DNA of 64,000 nt. Source: Botryllus schlosseri (Eukaryota). The notes under the pieces are model-generated. The model saw nothing but the letters and a program-made list of their open reading frames with translations. It was not told the DNA's origin and ran no database searches. This document shows, piece after piece, positions 12,620-24,600 of the stretch. The number at the start of each line of letters is the position of its first letter. The first letter of the stretch is position 1. Where the stretch lies: assembly GCA_051294905.1 (NCBI GenBank), contig CM119384.1:1240001-1304000 (forward strand). Direction: 5' to 3'. The translations under genes were made by a program, and so were the position numbers.

Positions 12620-14393
12620 TAGGGATGGTGTGAACTGTGAACCTCTGAAAGGTTCAGGTTCGTGTGAACGCGAACTTTTTTGAAAGGTTCTGTGTGAACG
12701 CGAACGTGAACCTCATGACGTCACGTGACGTAATATTGCTAATTCCAACCCTAGATTTCAGTGAGGTGATAGCATATACAAATATACACGACCTAGCGAC
12801 GACTCGGGCCACATATTGCCAAAATGCTGAAGTAGGCCTACATATTGACGTTTTAAACGTCGCCAAATGTATCAGCTGGGACAATCAAATGATATAATAA
12901 TCCCATAAAATCAATATCTTCCGTCGCTTCGCCAACAATTTCGATGAGGACTTTCAAAGGAATATAAGCTTACGCCTTAACGGTCAAGCCCATACCGGAC
13001 AATGTATTTGAAGTCTCTCAGGGGGGCGCGAGAAATTTTCAAAGTCTGTATGAATTCTGACTAAACATGTGTTTCACAACCCTTATGAGAAGACGATTGT
13101 TGAAGACGAAACTTATTTCCTATTCAAGAAAGCTCACTAAATTCAAACTCCAGCAGTAGCGCTCAACGGAGCATAGGCTGATTTCAACTTTATTTGAGCA
13201 AATTTTAGATATTGTTTGAAGATCTAGAGCAATTCCCACGTGTAAGTCATTCATTACTTCAAAGCTTTGGCAGCCTAAAGCTTGATGCGCTGGGTAGGCT
13301 ATAGCTGTTGTTAATAGCTGGCGAACTGTACTGCCTAAGACAAACTTGGATTCAATATAGGTTGCCCAGTTTCGCCCTCAATTAGGCTACCCTAAATCAA
13401 CACAATTTCATTCAATTCCAAAACTGATCAAATTTAGCATGGCAGTACAGAACAATGCCGTGCTCTCTGTAGTCACTACCAGCATCAGGATTGGTCTCAG
13501 TGTAACCTACCTTGAAATAAATTGATGTCCTGCTCAATGTTCATTTGCTATTTTCAAACAAAAGTTTGGGGAAATTTGTCAGAAATGTTGGCGGCCGTCG
13601 ACATGCAAATTGAAATTACGAATTCGCTCCCAAATGTTTGAGAGATTCTAATTAATCTTGAAATTTTCTTGGCGTTCGGCGCAATTCAACATAGCTTCAT
13701 TTTCCGATTTTAAACTTGCCCTAAATATTTGAAAGCACCCCCTCCGTGAACCCTACCGGTGAATCTGATCACATGGGTAGTCAGCGAATGATGCTTTTTC
13801 AACTAATCAATGAAATTGATATCGTTGTCTGATGTAAAAAATGTAGCAAGCGTAGCCTACGGGGTCCATCTCGATTTCGTATGTTTATTGTATCATAAAA
13901 ACTATAAATCCTTGCGATTGGGGTGTTGGCTGCTGCTGTGTAACTTATTAATGGGGTAAAACCCATAGCATACTCTGCTCAATATCAACGTAGCAACACA
14001 TGGACGCCGAATACATTGTTCTGTGTGGCCTAGACGATTAAGGCGTAAGCTTATATTCGCTTGCAAGTCCTTGTTGAAATTGTTGGTAAAGCGATGGAAG
14101 ATATTGATCTTATAGGATTATTAAATATTATATCATTTGATTGCTCCAGTTGATACATTTGGTGACGTTTAAAAAGTCAGTATGTACCTCAGCATTGTGG
14201 CATTATGTGGCCCGAGTCGTCGCTAGGTATCGTGAACATTAATATATATCACTTCTCTGAAATGTTGGGCTGGAATTAGCAATATATGACGCCATGTGAT
14301 GTCATGAGGTTCACGTTCGCGTTCACACAGAACCTTTCAAAAAGGTTCGCGTTCACACGAACCTGAACCTTTCAGAAGTTCACATCATCCCTA
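12620..14393. mobile_element. Non-autonomous DNA transposon with ~360-bp terminal inverted repeats (foldback-like)
   Basis: 12620-12980 is the reverse complement of ~14035-14393 (tagggatg...catcccta); no TSD and no intact ORF. Confidence 0.8.
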
Positions 14394-15350
14394 TTCCCTA
14401 CGTTATCTATCTTTATACATCTGTCATGTAGACTTAATCGGTCAATGGATTTTGTGACAGCACACTGCTCTTTTGTAAAACGTAAAAGTTTGCAAAAAAT
14501 AAACATTGTATTCTTGGTATATTATGCAGAAAAGAATTGTTAACTCTGGTACATGACCCAAATAGGTGGCCCTTTGAATTTGCTTTGAAACATTAAAAGA
14601 AACAAAATGTCTGCTTTTCCAAAGAAAAAAGTGCTTATCATGCTAAGTTGAAAGAATTCATCATCATTAATCTCCGCCTGTACTTATCATGCTGATTCTT
14701 CTTCTCCAGTTTATTGCCATGAGATAAAGGGCTTATTTTGCATTGTCTATTATAGACAACCAGTTGAATGGAGACTGCTTACTAACAGCTCAACACGAAA
14801 CCTAAATTGGGTGTTACTTCACAATAGAATTAAATATGCGTCGGGTCTAGGACAGTCGATCCGTCTCGACATAGAACATTCTGTTGCGCACACCAAATAC
14901 GATGTTTTCTATGCCGGGACAGAGCCAGAGATGAGCATTGGTTAATTTCTGGTGATGGTTTTGAGGCTTTTTGTTTGTGTTTTGCATGATTAAACGCCAG
15001 TTATAAACATAAAAAGCTTTATGTTTTTGGTGGTTTCTGATTGCCGTGATATTTTACTATGAACCAGAGTTGCTCGAAGTGATCGGAGTTGCTACTCAAG
15101 TAGAAAAAGTAATTCCTTACATTTCTACTCAATTACAAGTAGAAGTAGTAATTTCCAAGACATGTGAAAACTGCTTCAAGTGGAAGACGACATGAAAGGT
15201 CTGAGAAGTACTAAAAGTCAGTAAATAGTAAATTTGGTCGAGGGGAGAGTGGTCGCATACTTTCAACAGTTAGTCAGACATGGCTACCTACGAAATCGCA
15301 GAAAGTATCTTCTCGGCTACCCCAAAATGCATATAATGACATTACTAATG

Positions 15351-16195
15351 CAAGTTTTTGCAACTTTTGCAACTTTTTTTACAGGTTCCGTCAGCTTCCT
15401 AGATACTTAGAATCTATGTACCATGATGTTTTAAGCTGTTTGGAGGGATTTTATAGTGCAACTTTTAGCAACCTTTCTCTATTTTTCAGACCAATTTTTA
15501 CTGCAACTTTTATCAAATATTGCGTCAAAATGTGAAGGAGTGATTTAAAAACATGCTATAAACTATTTCTAGTATTGTTCCATTCTCTTCGATTTGCATA
15601 ACAAAGAGCTATCTGATGGGTTTGGTGCATCTCACTGTGTTATCTATGACACAATGGCTTGCAAGCAATAAGTTCAATTATCCCTGCCGAGCACGACCGT
15701 GCCCGAACAAAGTGTAAATAGATCGCTGTATTAATTTTGTCGTTTAAATTTGAGATAGTTTCCCATTTCACGAACGCCCAGGAAAATTACATTTTCACTC
15801 GGTCCCCTTTTTCAGGCGATTGTTAGCGTCGCCAAGGGTGAGTTTTTCTGCAACGCCTTGGGTCAAGTTTGCAGACGTAGGGAGTGTCGGGTGTGTTGTG
15901 GTGAGGGGGTTATCGCTATGCTGTTTGGCTTTTTCGGCGAAAATTATTACCGCATTGTGTAATTTTCTTGCTGTGTACCGGAGAAAGTGTAACTTTGGCG
16001 GTCTCGCCAGAATGTCCGTGAAATGGAAAAGTAAGAAATTTGAAAGCTCTACAGGAAGTAGGTTATACTACGGAACCTTTCGAGTATCTCATACCCTACT
16101 AATTCAACACAAATTATAAATGCATTTTTATTGCAACTTTTGTTAAAATTAAGTGCAACTTTCTCGCGATTTTAGTGCAACAAAAACTTGCCCTA
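15351..16195. mobile_element. MITE family C copy, one end eroded
   Basis: Homologous to 42426-43200 and 57557-58113 (ttgcaact-rich, ends aaacttgcccta); partial copy at ~16400-16693. Confidence 0.75.
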
Positions 16196-17539
16196 CTAAT
16201 AAGACTAATCTGAGCGAAACGTCGGTAATTTTGTAAAATGTTTCTATGCTCTCATTTTAATTTTGATGTGATTTCTGGATTTCCTGAAAACGCGACGCGA
16301 GAACTGTATAGTGCGAAACGAACCAACCTCGGTGTACGGACGTTTGCCATTCTCGTGCTTATTGGAATGAGCTCTGAGTTGATTTAGTGATTCAGTCGTT
16401 TAATTTTGAGATATAGTTTCCCATTTCACGAACGTCCAGGCGAGACCGCCAAAAATTACATATTCATCGGCTCACCTTATTCAGGCTATTGATTTTGTCT
16501 TGCCAGAATGCCCATAAAATGGCAAAGTAACGAATTTGACAGCTCGGCAGGAACTATAGGTTATACAACAGAACCCTTCGAGTATCTCATACCCCATTAT
16601 TTCAACAAAAATTACAAATGCAACTTTTTACTGCAACTTTTGTCAAAATTAAGTGCAACTTTCTCGCGATTTCAGTGCAACAAAAACCTGCCATAGACAT
16701 TACCCATTGGTAGAATCTTCGAAAATATATTCAGTTACCGTGCTTTAGGGGCTGTGTCACGCAGTTCTAATGATCATGTAACCCATGAGAGTGGTGCGTT
16801 CTTTTCCTTAAACTACTTTTTACTTTTCAAAATCAAAATTGCAAAAGTAAATATTTTATCTAAAATACTGTTCAGGTAGAAGTTTGAAAACATATCAACT
16901 TCAGTAAGTACTGCAAGTAGAATAAATCTACTTGACCACCCCAGAAAAGTAGTAAAATCGACACATATATTATATTCCAAAGTGACGTGATAGAACAAAA
17001 ATAACGCCACATTCGTATTCAGCGTCCCCAAATTGGGTAAAAATGAACCAACGGAATCCTGGCACAAAAATTGTGTAGACCAGTGTTATTTATTGGCGCA
17101 TAGCACGGGGTCTACGATATTCACGGTCTTATCTGGTACATAGCCCCTACAAGAGGTAACAGGCCGATGTTCACCAAACCGAAATTCGCGTTTATGAACG
17201 ATTTCGCTTCGCGCTACCAGACGCCTCGCCTCAGATAAATTGATTGTATTCGTATAGCTGGCCAAATCATTACCTTACCGTCGGAAAGTGACAAGAGACG
17301 GCGTCGCAGATACAGTTATCCACCGATCGCAGAAGTAGGCTAAGTAGTGAGAAAACACCGACTTGCTCATGAAAACTGTTTTATTGCGTGGTAAAATCAA
17401 TTCGATTATGCGAAGAAGAATTAGTACACCTCACATGTCATATTATAAACTACTTGCAAAAACAAACATGTAGCATACAAGCCTCGACTACAAGTAGCCT
17501 CTGCTACTGAAAGGCATCACTAAAGTATGCAAGCTAGTC

Positions 17540-18270
17540 TTGCGCAGCCTTTGTTTTTTAAAGTCCTTCATAGCATCTTTTCTCAGAAGCATTTACCAAC
17601 TTCTGCTTCTTATTTTAATATATAGTCACAATAATTTTGCTCGCCAATTTCAAAGCTCGATCTCGATGATCATAAAACACAAAGGCCCACCAAAATGATG
17701 CAAAACATAGTCGTCAGCTTCCCTCACTGAAACTTGGGAGTGAGCAGATGATTTTATCAGAACCATCTAGGATTGAAAAACTGGTTGCAACAAACTTGGC
17801 GAGGGGTTCTGAGGAGCAAGCCGTCCCCCACGATCGAGTAAGTCGAGATAGCGTGAACTTGCACCACCAGACCCATCAAAAAATAACTTCGAACATATCA
17901 GTCAAGCCAATCTTTCGAGGACATTCTTACCAATGTACCCAGAAACAGCATACAACACCCCATCACTGTCAGACCGGTAATTTCAATTGCCACATCAGCA
18001 ATGACTTGTTTGAAATGGTAAAAAGGAGTTGAACTTGAAACACAAATATCATGCTCCTAGTAATTTATGTCAATTTTTAGGCTTGAGCGAAACAGTATTA
18101 TCAGCAACTTCCGTTAAACCACCAGAAACCTTCCCCCACTCATTTGCTTATACCGTGAGAAATTTCGTTCAACCGGGTCACAAGTCTGACGTAAGCTGTG
18201 ACTGTGACTGCGGGGTTTCAATATAGCTTCTAAGGTTTGCTTTGACAGGGAATAATTCTGGGGTATTATC
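17540..18270 (-). mobile_element. Degraded P-element/THAP9-like transposase C-terminal fragment
   Basis: Minus-strand motifs SLSKQTLEAI, DPVERNFSRYKQMSGGRFLV (~18130-18180), SLKIDINY, YAVSGYIGK (~17930-17955) and YLDLLDRGG (17821-17850) occur in the order expected for invertebrate P-like transposases; stops and frameshifts present. Confidence 0.6.
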
Positions 18271-19211
18271 CGTTACGCTTTATATGCCAACCTGCCACTA
18301 GAGAACTCGCTTCAAACTGCGAGGTGTCTGGTGGTATGAGAAGTGAAATCAAAACAATCGCCGATTCTCACGTCGAGGGTAGTCGACCAAGCAAAACAAT
18401 CGCGAATTTCTGTTTTGTGAGCGTTGAGCTGTTTGCTCGAGCAAGTGTTATGCATCAGACAAGGCCGTGAGAACATTACTGGCGGAATATAAGAAATTAA
18501 CCTTTCTGGTTATTATCAAACCGCGTCACGCTGAACGTCGTAAAACTCATACCGAGCTACATTCTCCCACATGATTTATAAACCATGTCTCAATCAGGGC
18601 CAACAAATAACCCCATAAACAACAGGCACAGTGCGTGGACAAATCCAAGTAGACCGTTCATAAATGCTTCGAAGAATGTATTTATATGGTAGCATGATAT
18701 ACTCGACGGGCCTACTCAGTTTGAACTGTGTAGAATGTAGATATTTCAATGGATAGTCCTAGTCACACAGCGCACAAGATTCCCTGTGTAATGCAAACCC
18801 ACGCTAAAAGAGATTTTTTGTATAGTTACATCACAAGCCGCTATGAACTTGGTTTCAGTTCACGAAAACACTTCGATTTTTGCACCAATACGAAGTAAAC
18901 TGAAGTCGGGATCGCCATAAAGTTTCCAAGTTATAGAACGTTTGTCGTCCAATAGCCTGTGAGGTTATACAGCGAGTCCGTTGTCTACGGCGGTATAGCT
19001 GGTACGAACGTCCTGACGAATGAGTTCTTGATTAGCAGTTCAACAGACGACCATTGCCTTTTCCAGATATATTGTACGGATAAATCAAACAGTAGGTTTT
19101 GTATTACACTAAGTCTTATATTCTCAATGACTCCATAAACGATATGCACTTGGTTTTATACCAATGGTGAATTTATTTCACGTGATGTGGTAATATTCCA
19201 TGACGGATAGA

Positions 19212-19238
19212 AGAGAGAGAGAGAGAGAGAGAGAGAGC
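19212..19238. repeat. (GA)n microsatellite
   Basis: Direct reading. Confidence 0.9.
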
Positions 19239-21658
19239 GCGCAAGGCGTTGAAATGTATAACTCCCAAATCCCCTATAGAGTCAACATTAAAACACCAAA
19301 ACCCGTGATCACCGAGATATTACCTTTATGATATGTTTAATAACCGTAATCCGTTTACCAACGCCAATAAAATCCTTGGCGTTATCCTCATTCATATTAC
19401 GACATCCCCGATCAAGAAAATAACAGTTCAGTTCACGTTTGGCGATATGTGTCATGGTGCGTCAGGTAAGCAGTTTCGCGGAGGTCTCAATGTTATTTCC
19501 AAACAGAAAAAAAACAGTCCACTCGTACATTCACGCTAGCATGGTGCAGCACATGCTATGGACACGATGTGTAATTCTTTGTCTGAAATGAGTAAACCAG
19601 AGTATCGCTTCTGAGACTAAAGTTAATTTTGTCGACTGCCGTGATAGCATTGCTTGATTCTCAAGTTCATTTGAGATTAGCATTATCGACATCAAATGCG
19701 TCCAGGCCTCAGTTATGCAACAGGGTAATTGGTCAATAAATGCAGGCTCGTAAACGACACAAAGGCATATAGGTCAATGGTATCGTAATGTGTGCGGCTG
19801 TGTATAGTGTCCTGCAGTATATACAAATCAGTCATGTGTACCGGCAGAGGTTCTTAGAACGGAATTATGTCTTGCTGAGCGTGAGTTGCTGTGCTCTCCA
19901 GGCTGCGCCTGACTTACAGTTCGAATTACAGTTACACAGATTTTTTTCAAATTAGATAAGAATTAGAATTACTGAATTCGCGAAAACTTGGAAATTGAAT
20001 GAAGTTCGTATCAAATTAGAGTTCATTCCCATAAGCATGAAAAGAGAAAATGCCCCTACATCAAGCTTGGCTCGTTTCACACAGTGTACAGTAGGCTACA
20101 GTTCTCAAGTAACATTTTCCGGAAAATCAGAAATTAGTTTATAGAATTAGAATGACAGTATAGAAACATTTCACAAATTAGTCGTGGACGCGCATGTGTT
20201 GTACTTGTGCGCTTTTGATTCCGAGGTCAAGAAGTCATTGAAATATTCGGGGCAGTCACCACAATGGAACTGATACACAAACTTGGCGATTTCTAGTTTC
20301 CGCATATCATCTACGTTCGTGCTGTAATCGTGAGAAGAAAAGATATGATAGATATGTTACATTCGATAGTTCTAAGTCTTTACTTTTCGTAAAAGACACA
20401 GGTGAGCGGGTGGCGATGAGCAGCCTAGATAAACCTCCAGGATTTAGATAGGGATTCGTGAGTCGAGCGCGGTCGGACCCGAACCCACGACCCAATTGTG
20501 TTTCAACTTTGGAACGTACCCATGCGCTAGTATTTTATTTATTTCAGTACAGTGCACCCTTACACCCCTTGATGTCATACACCAAGGATTAGGGGTTGCA
20601 TTTAAAACAAACTGTGTTTTAAAACACTTTGTTTAAAACATGTTTTGAACAGTGTTTTAAACAAAGCCTTTAAAAAAAAAAGAAATTGTTTTTTTTATTG
20701 TAAAATTATACCATAGTTGTCTAAATACTTTCCAAAAAACATGTTGTATGAGCCTACGGACAATTACCACCCGATATAGCCGACGTATATCGATATGGGA
20801 TGGTTGCAATCCTCAAAATAGTCCGTTCAACAGCAATAGTATATATATTTCGTCAAAGTCGCTATTTTTACCCTATCTTCTCAATTGTCAAGGTCAATTC
20901 AATATGACGCCACAATTGAAAATTCGTGACGTCATGACTTGAAAAAAAAAAAAAAAACCATTAAAAAACATGTTTTAAATTAGGGCCTTGTTTTAAACAT
21001 GTTTGTTTTAAATAGACGGCCCACCTGAAATAGGTTCGCGACCTATACTTGCGGGTCGCGACCCACAGGTTGGGAAGCGCTGATATAGGGCATAGGTTGT
21101 GCGCCATGGTACACCGTACAAACAACCAAACAAAACTGAGTCATGACAAACAGTATATATGTAGCAGCCATGCGTAACGGAGTCAGATACGGAATATATC
21201 TTATATAGTGTAGGCCTACATACTATCAGTACAGATTTACGCGAGCCGCAAGAAGATAATTTTATTGAATTCGAATCATCCCACAGTGTCTTATAGAGCT
21301 CTTAGTCGGTGTTACGCATAGCACATCCATCAATCGACAGGGATGCAACGGTGCAGAGTCAGACTTGTACAAACTACCAATCTATTTAGTTGACGGTCAA
21401 CTACTACTGTTTTTTGAGTAGTTCTAGTTCTAGTTCTAGTTGCACAATAAAAATATAGTTTCCGAACAACTAAAAATATGTGACGCCGTTTGGCGTGAAT
21501 CGAGGGCGATTTTGAAAAGTGAGTAGTTCTAGTTCTAGTTCTCGTTGTCCCTTTTGACAATCCAGTATACAATAGTTTATACAAGTCTGTGCAGAGTAGA
21601 CTCATGCAATAATCAAATAACCATTCTTTGTTGATAGCAAACGTTTAGAAAAGTAACA

Positions 21659-24600
21659 ATGGCGTCACCATGGTTACTCTGTTTATCGACTTTACTTCCA
21701 TGTGCCCTTGCAGTGGAACGCGTGTACTATATTGGAATTGTCGAAGAGATTTGGGATTACGCGCCCACTGGATCTAATCTCATCACGGGAGTAGCGCTGG
21801 AAAATGACACGTACGGAAATGATGGCTAGTACAATATTCAGACTATTTAATTCAGGGGATATGACAATGACATGCAGCAGCTTACCACAAAAGATAATTA
21901 TATGGTTGTCATACCGATACCCAAATCATTGCCTGGGCCACTGTCAATATAAGGCAAAATGGTGTTCCATGAGCCAGTCTCAGGGCCTCCGTGGAGGTTG
22001 AGAGCTTGAGACACACATTCAACTCATATATATGATTTGTGATGATTAGGGCTGGGCAAAATCGAGTACCAGAGTGATTCGATTCTGAATCACGTAATAT
22101 GCTTCGAGTCGAGTCGAGTAATCGAGTATCGCCCATTATGACGTCATGACGGAATGTAATAGTCAAAATTCAAATATGTACCGTTTATGCGGCCACAAAG
22201 AATATAATGCCTGTTATCCGTCTCATAAATGATACTTTGGTATTTTTCCGACCCTACCGATGTCATTCCACTTGGTGACAATGTTGTGGGGTAATCATGA
22301 CTTCGGAAATGTGCTATGTCCAGTAACCTTCGTAGCTTTGTTCTATATGTTCCGTATGCTACGATACCGCCAATCTATGTTTCAAGGCTTTCAACAGTGA
22401 AAATAGTATCGAAACTATATTTCTCGTTGATAAATTAACTTTCAGTGGCGAGGAGCGTATAATTTCAGTACTCGACAAAATCGTCTTTCACTACTCGACT
22501 TGAATCATAAAAAATTAATACTCGATTCAGATTCGAGTACTCGAATCATTATGCTCAGCCCTAGTGATGATGCGCCCGTCTTCAGAGGTGGTCAGTAACG
22601 AAGTACTTCTACTTTTTGAAGTACTTGAAGTAGATTTTGTCGGCTCGGACTACTTATTAAGTAGTTTTGATTTTATACTACTTCTACTTCTACTTGACAG
22701 TTTTCAGTTGTTTAGGCTAAAATAGGCGTAGAATACCTACTTACTTACTTACTTGTCAACCGCCACTTCTACTTCTACTTGAGTAGAAATTTCGGCGTTA
22801 CTTCTGCTTCTACTTGAGTAGCGACGATGACTACTTTGACCACCTCTGCCCGTCTTGGCCATCATTGGTTGCAGGTCTGATCAGTAGAGGAATCACGACT
22901 TTTCTTTGTCTCCCAACCTTGTGTTTTGAACGGAAAACAATGAATAACAATAAAGTTAACTAAGGTTTCATAGCAACCCAGAATCACCACAGGATCAGAG
23001 TTCATCAGCCTCCTAGACTCATTAACTCATATTCCTGTCTTTCTTATTGTCGCGACCTTGTAATGTATTATGTATGCCACTGATGAAATAATGAAATATA
23101 GTAATGAATGAAATGAACCGACAGTCCCGAAAAGGGCCTAACGGTAAAAAATTTGACATGAACTGATGAACCAGAACGAAAAATGCTCACCGTAATATAT
23201 CAGTGAATATTTCGAGAATAGAGTAATTTATAAATCATTATGAGCCCACTCGGTTTATGCCAATGTTTCTACATACTACAGATTTGCTTCTGATTGTTGT
23301 GGCAATAATGCGCTCAGAGTTGCACGTGATTCGGTAGAAACTGTTGTATTATTGTATGGGTGTCATTGCGTAGGCGTCTGATTTAGATTTTAGAACATGA
23401 ATTGCAAAGTTAATTTCGTTTAACGGTCATATAAATTACATAATAATCGACAAATGGAGTAAAACTGCGTCAACCGCTACCACCGCAGACCGTTGCATTG
23501 TAAGCATAAAATTTCGATTCAAATGGCCTCAGATTTAATAAAATTATGCCACATAGTTTCCTATGCTTTACTAACGAATGTTGCTAATGCGTGTGGGATG
23601 CAGTATTCATATACGGTTTTATATTTGCGAAAAGTTAAATACTTTGGATTGGATGCACCAGCACCAACAGCCTAACCGCCGATTATTATCAGCTCACTTT
23701 GGGCCCTTTCGTATGTAACGGAGTTTGACCCGTTTTAACTCGTTGTTTAAGCTCAAACTTGATTGATAACGTTGATTTCGTGAACGAAGCGTATTCTGAG
23801 TCACAATATAGTACTGTCATTGACTTGAAATATTTCCTATTTCAGAGACGCCAGTGTTTTCTATAAGTCATCACCTGACCGAATCGGCAGCAAGTATCGA
23901 AAGGCATTGTATTACGAGTATAGTGACAGTACTTTCGCTACAAGACTTGAAAAGGATCCAACTCTTGGCTTCCTTGGACCAACTATAACTGGAGAGGTAT
24001 AGGACGCAGTGATAATTCCAATAAAAAGTCGTTTACTGAGCGCATTTCTTAACCAAAACAAGGTATACAGTACTCTCGATGTGATCACGGAAGGGCTCGG
24101 CTTAATATGAATCTTTGTTACGTTATCAATTTAAAATGTGGATCGTATATCACATGATATAAATCAGCGGTTCTCAACCGGGGGTCCGCGAAGCAATTTC
24201 AGAGGGTCCGCGAAACCTCTAAATTTGTAAACTGATTGATAACATAATTTTTATTTTTATTTAATTAGGATAAGCATGGGAGAGTTTCGCTTCATAATTG
24301 CTAAAACTTTAGGACTCGTATCATTAAAATGTTCGTCTGAGATGAAATATCCGACAGTGCTGACCCACTTTAATTGTCAAATTACCCATAGCCCGCCGAT
24401 GCAAACATATTGCTGTGTAGAGATGTGTTGTTGGGGTTTGTGGGAAAATGAAATGTTTGGAGGTAGCATTTTGAAATTGGAGTTGTCAGTCTCAGAAAAT
24501 TAGTAAACAGCCTTTGAAATAGAAATTCATTAATTTTGATCCTAATCTATCCCAATGAAGGAATTCAAACCTCGCCACGAAATCCATTTTCTCCTGTGAT

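Noticed and set aside
13150-13300. CSVER-like hAT motif inside the long-TIR element
   Set aside because: Only a few matching residues, no flanking motifs.
17100-17340. Possible small exons on the minus strand
   Set aside because: The implied intron is only 21 nt and the peptide has no recognisable homology.
10015-21012. Direct repeats as LTRs of a 10-kb retroelement
   Set aside because: No matching TG...CA termini, PBS, PPT or gag-pol between them, and the copies end at different points.
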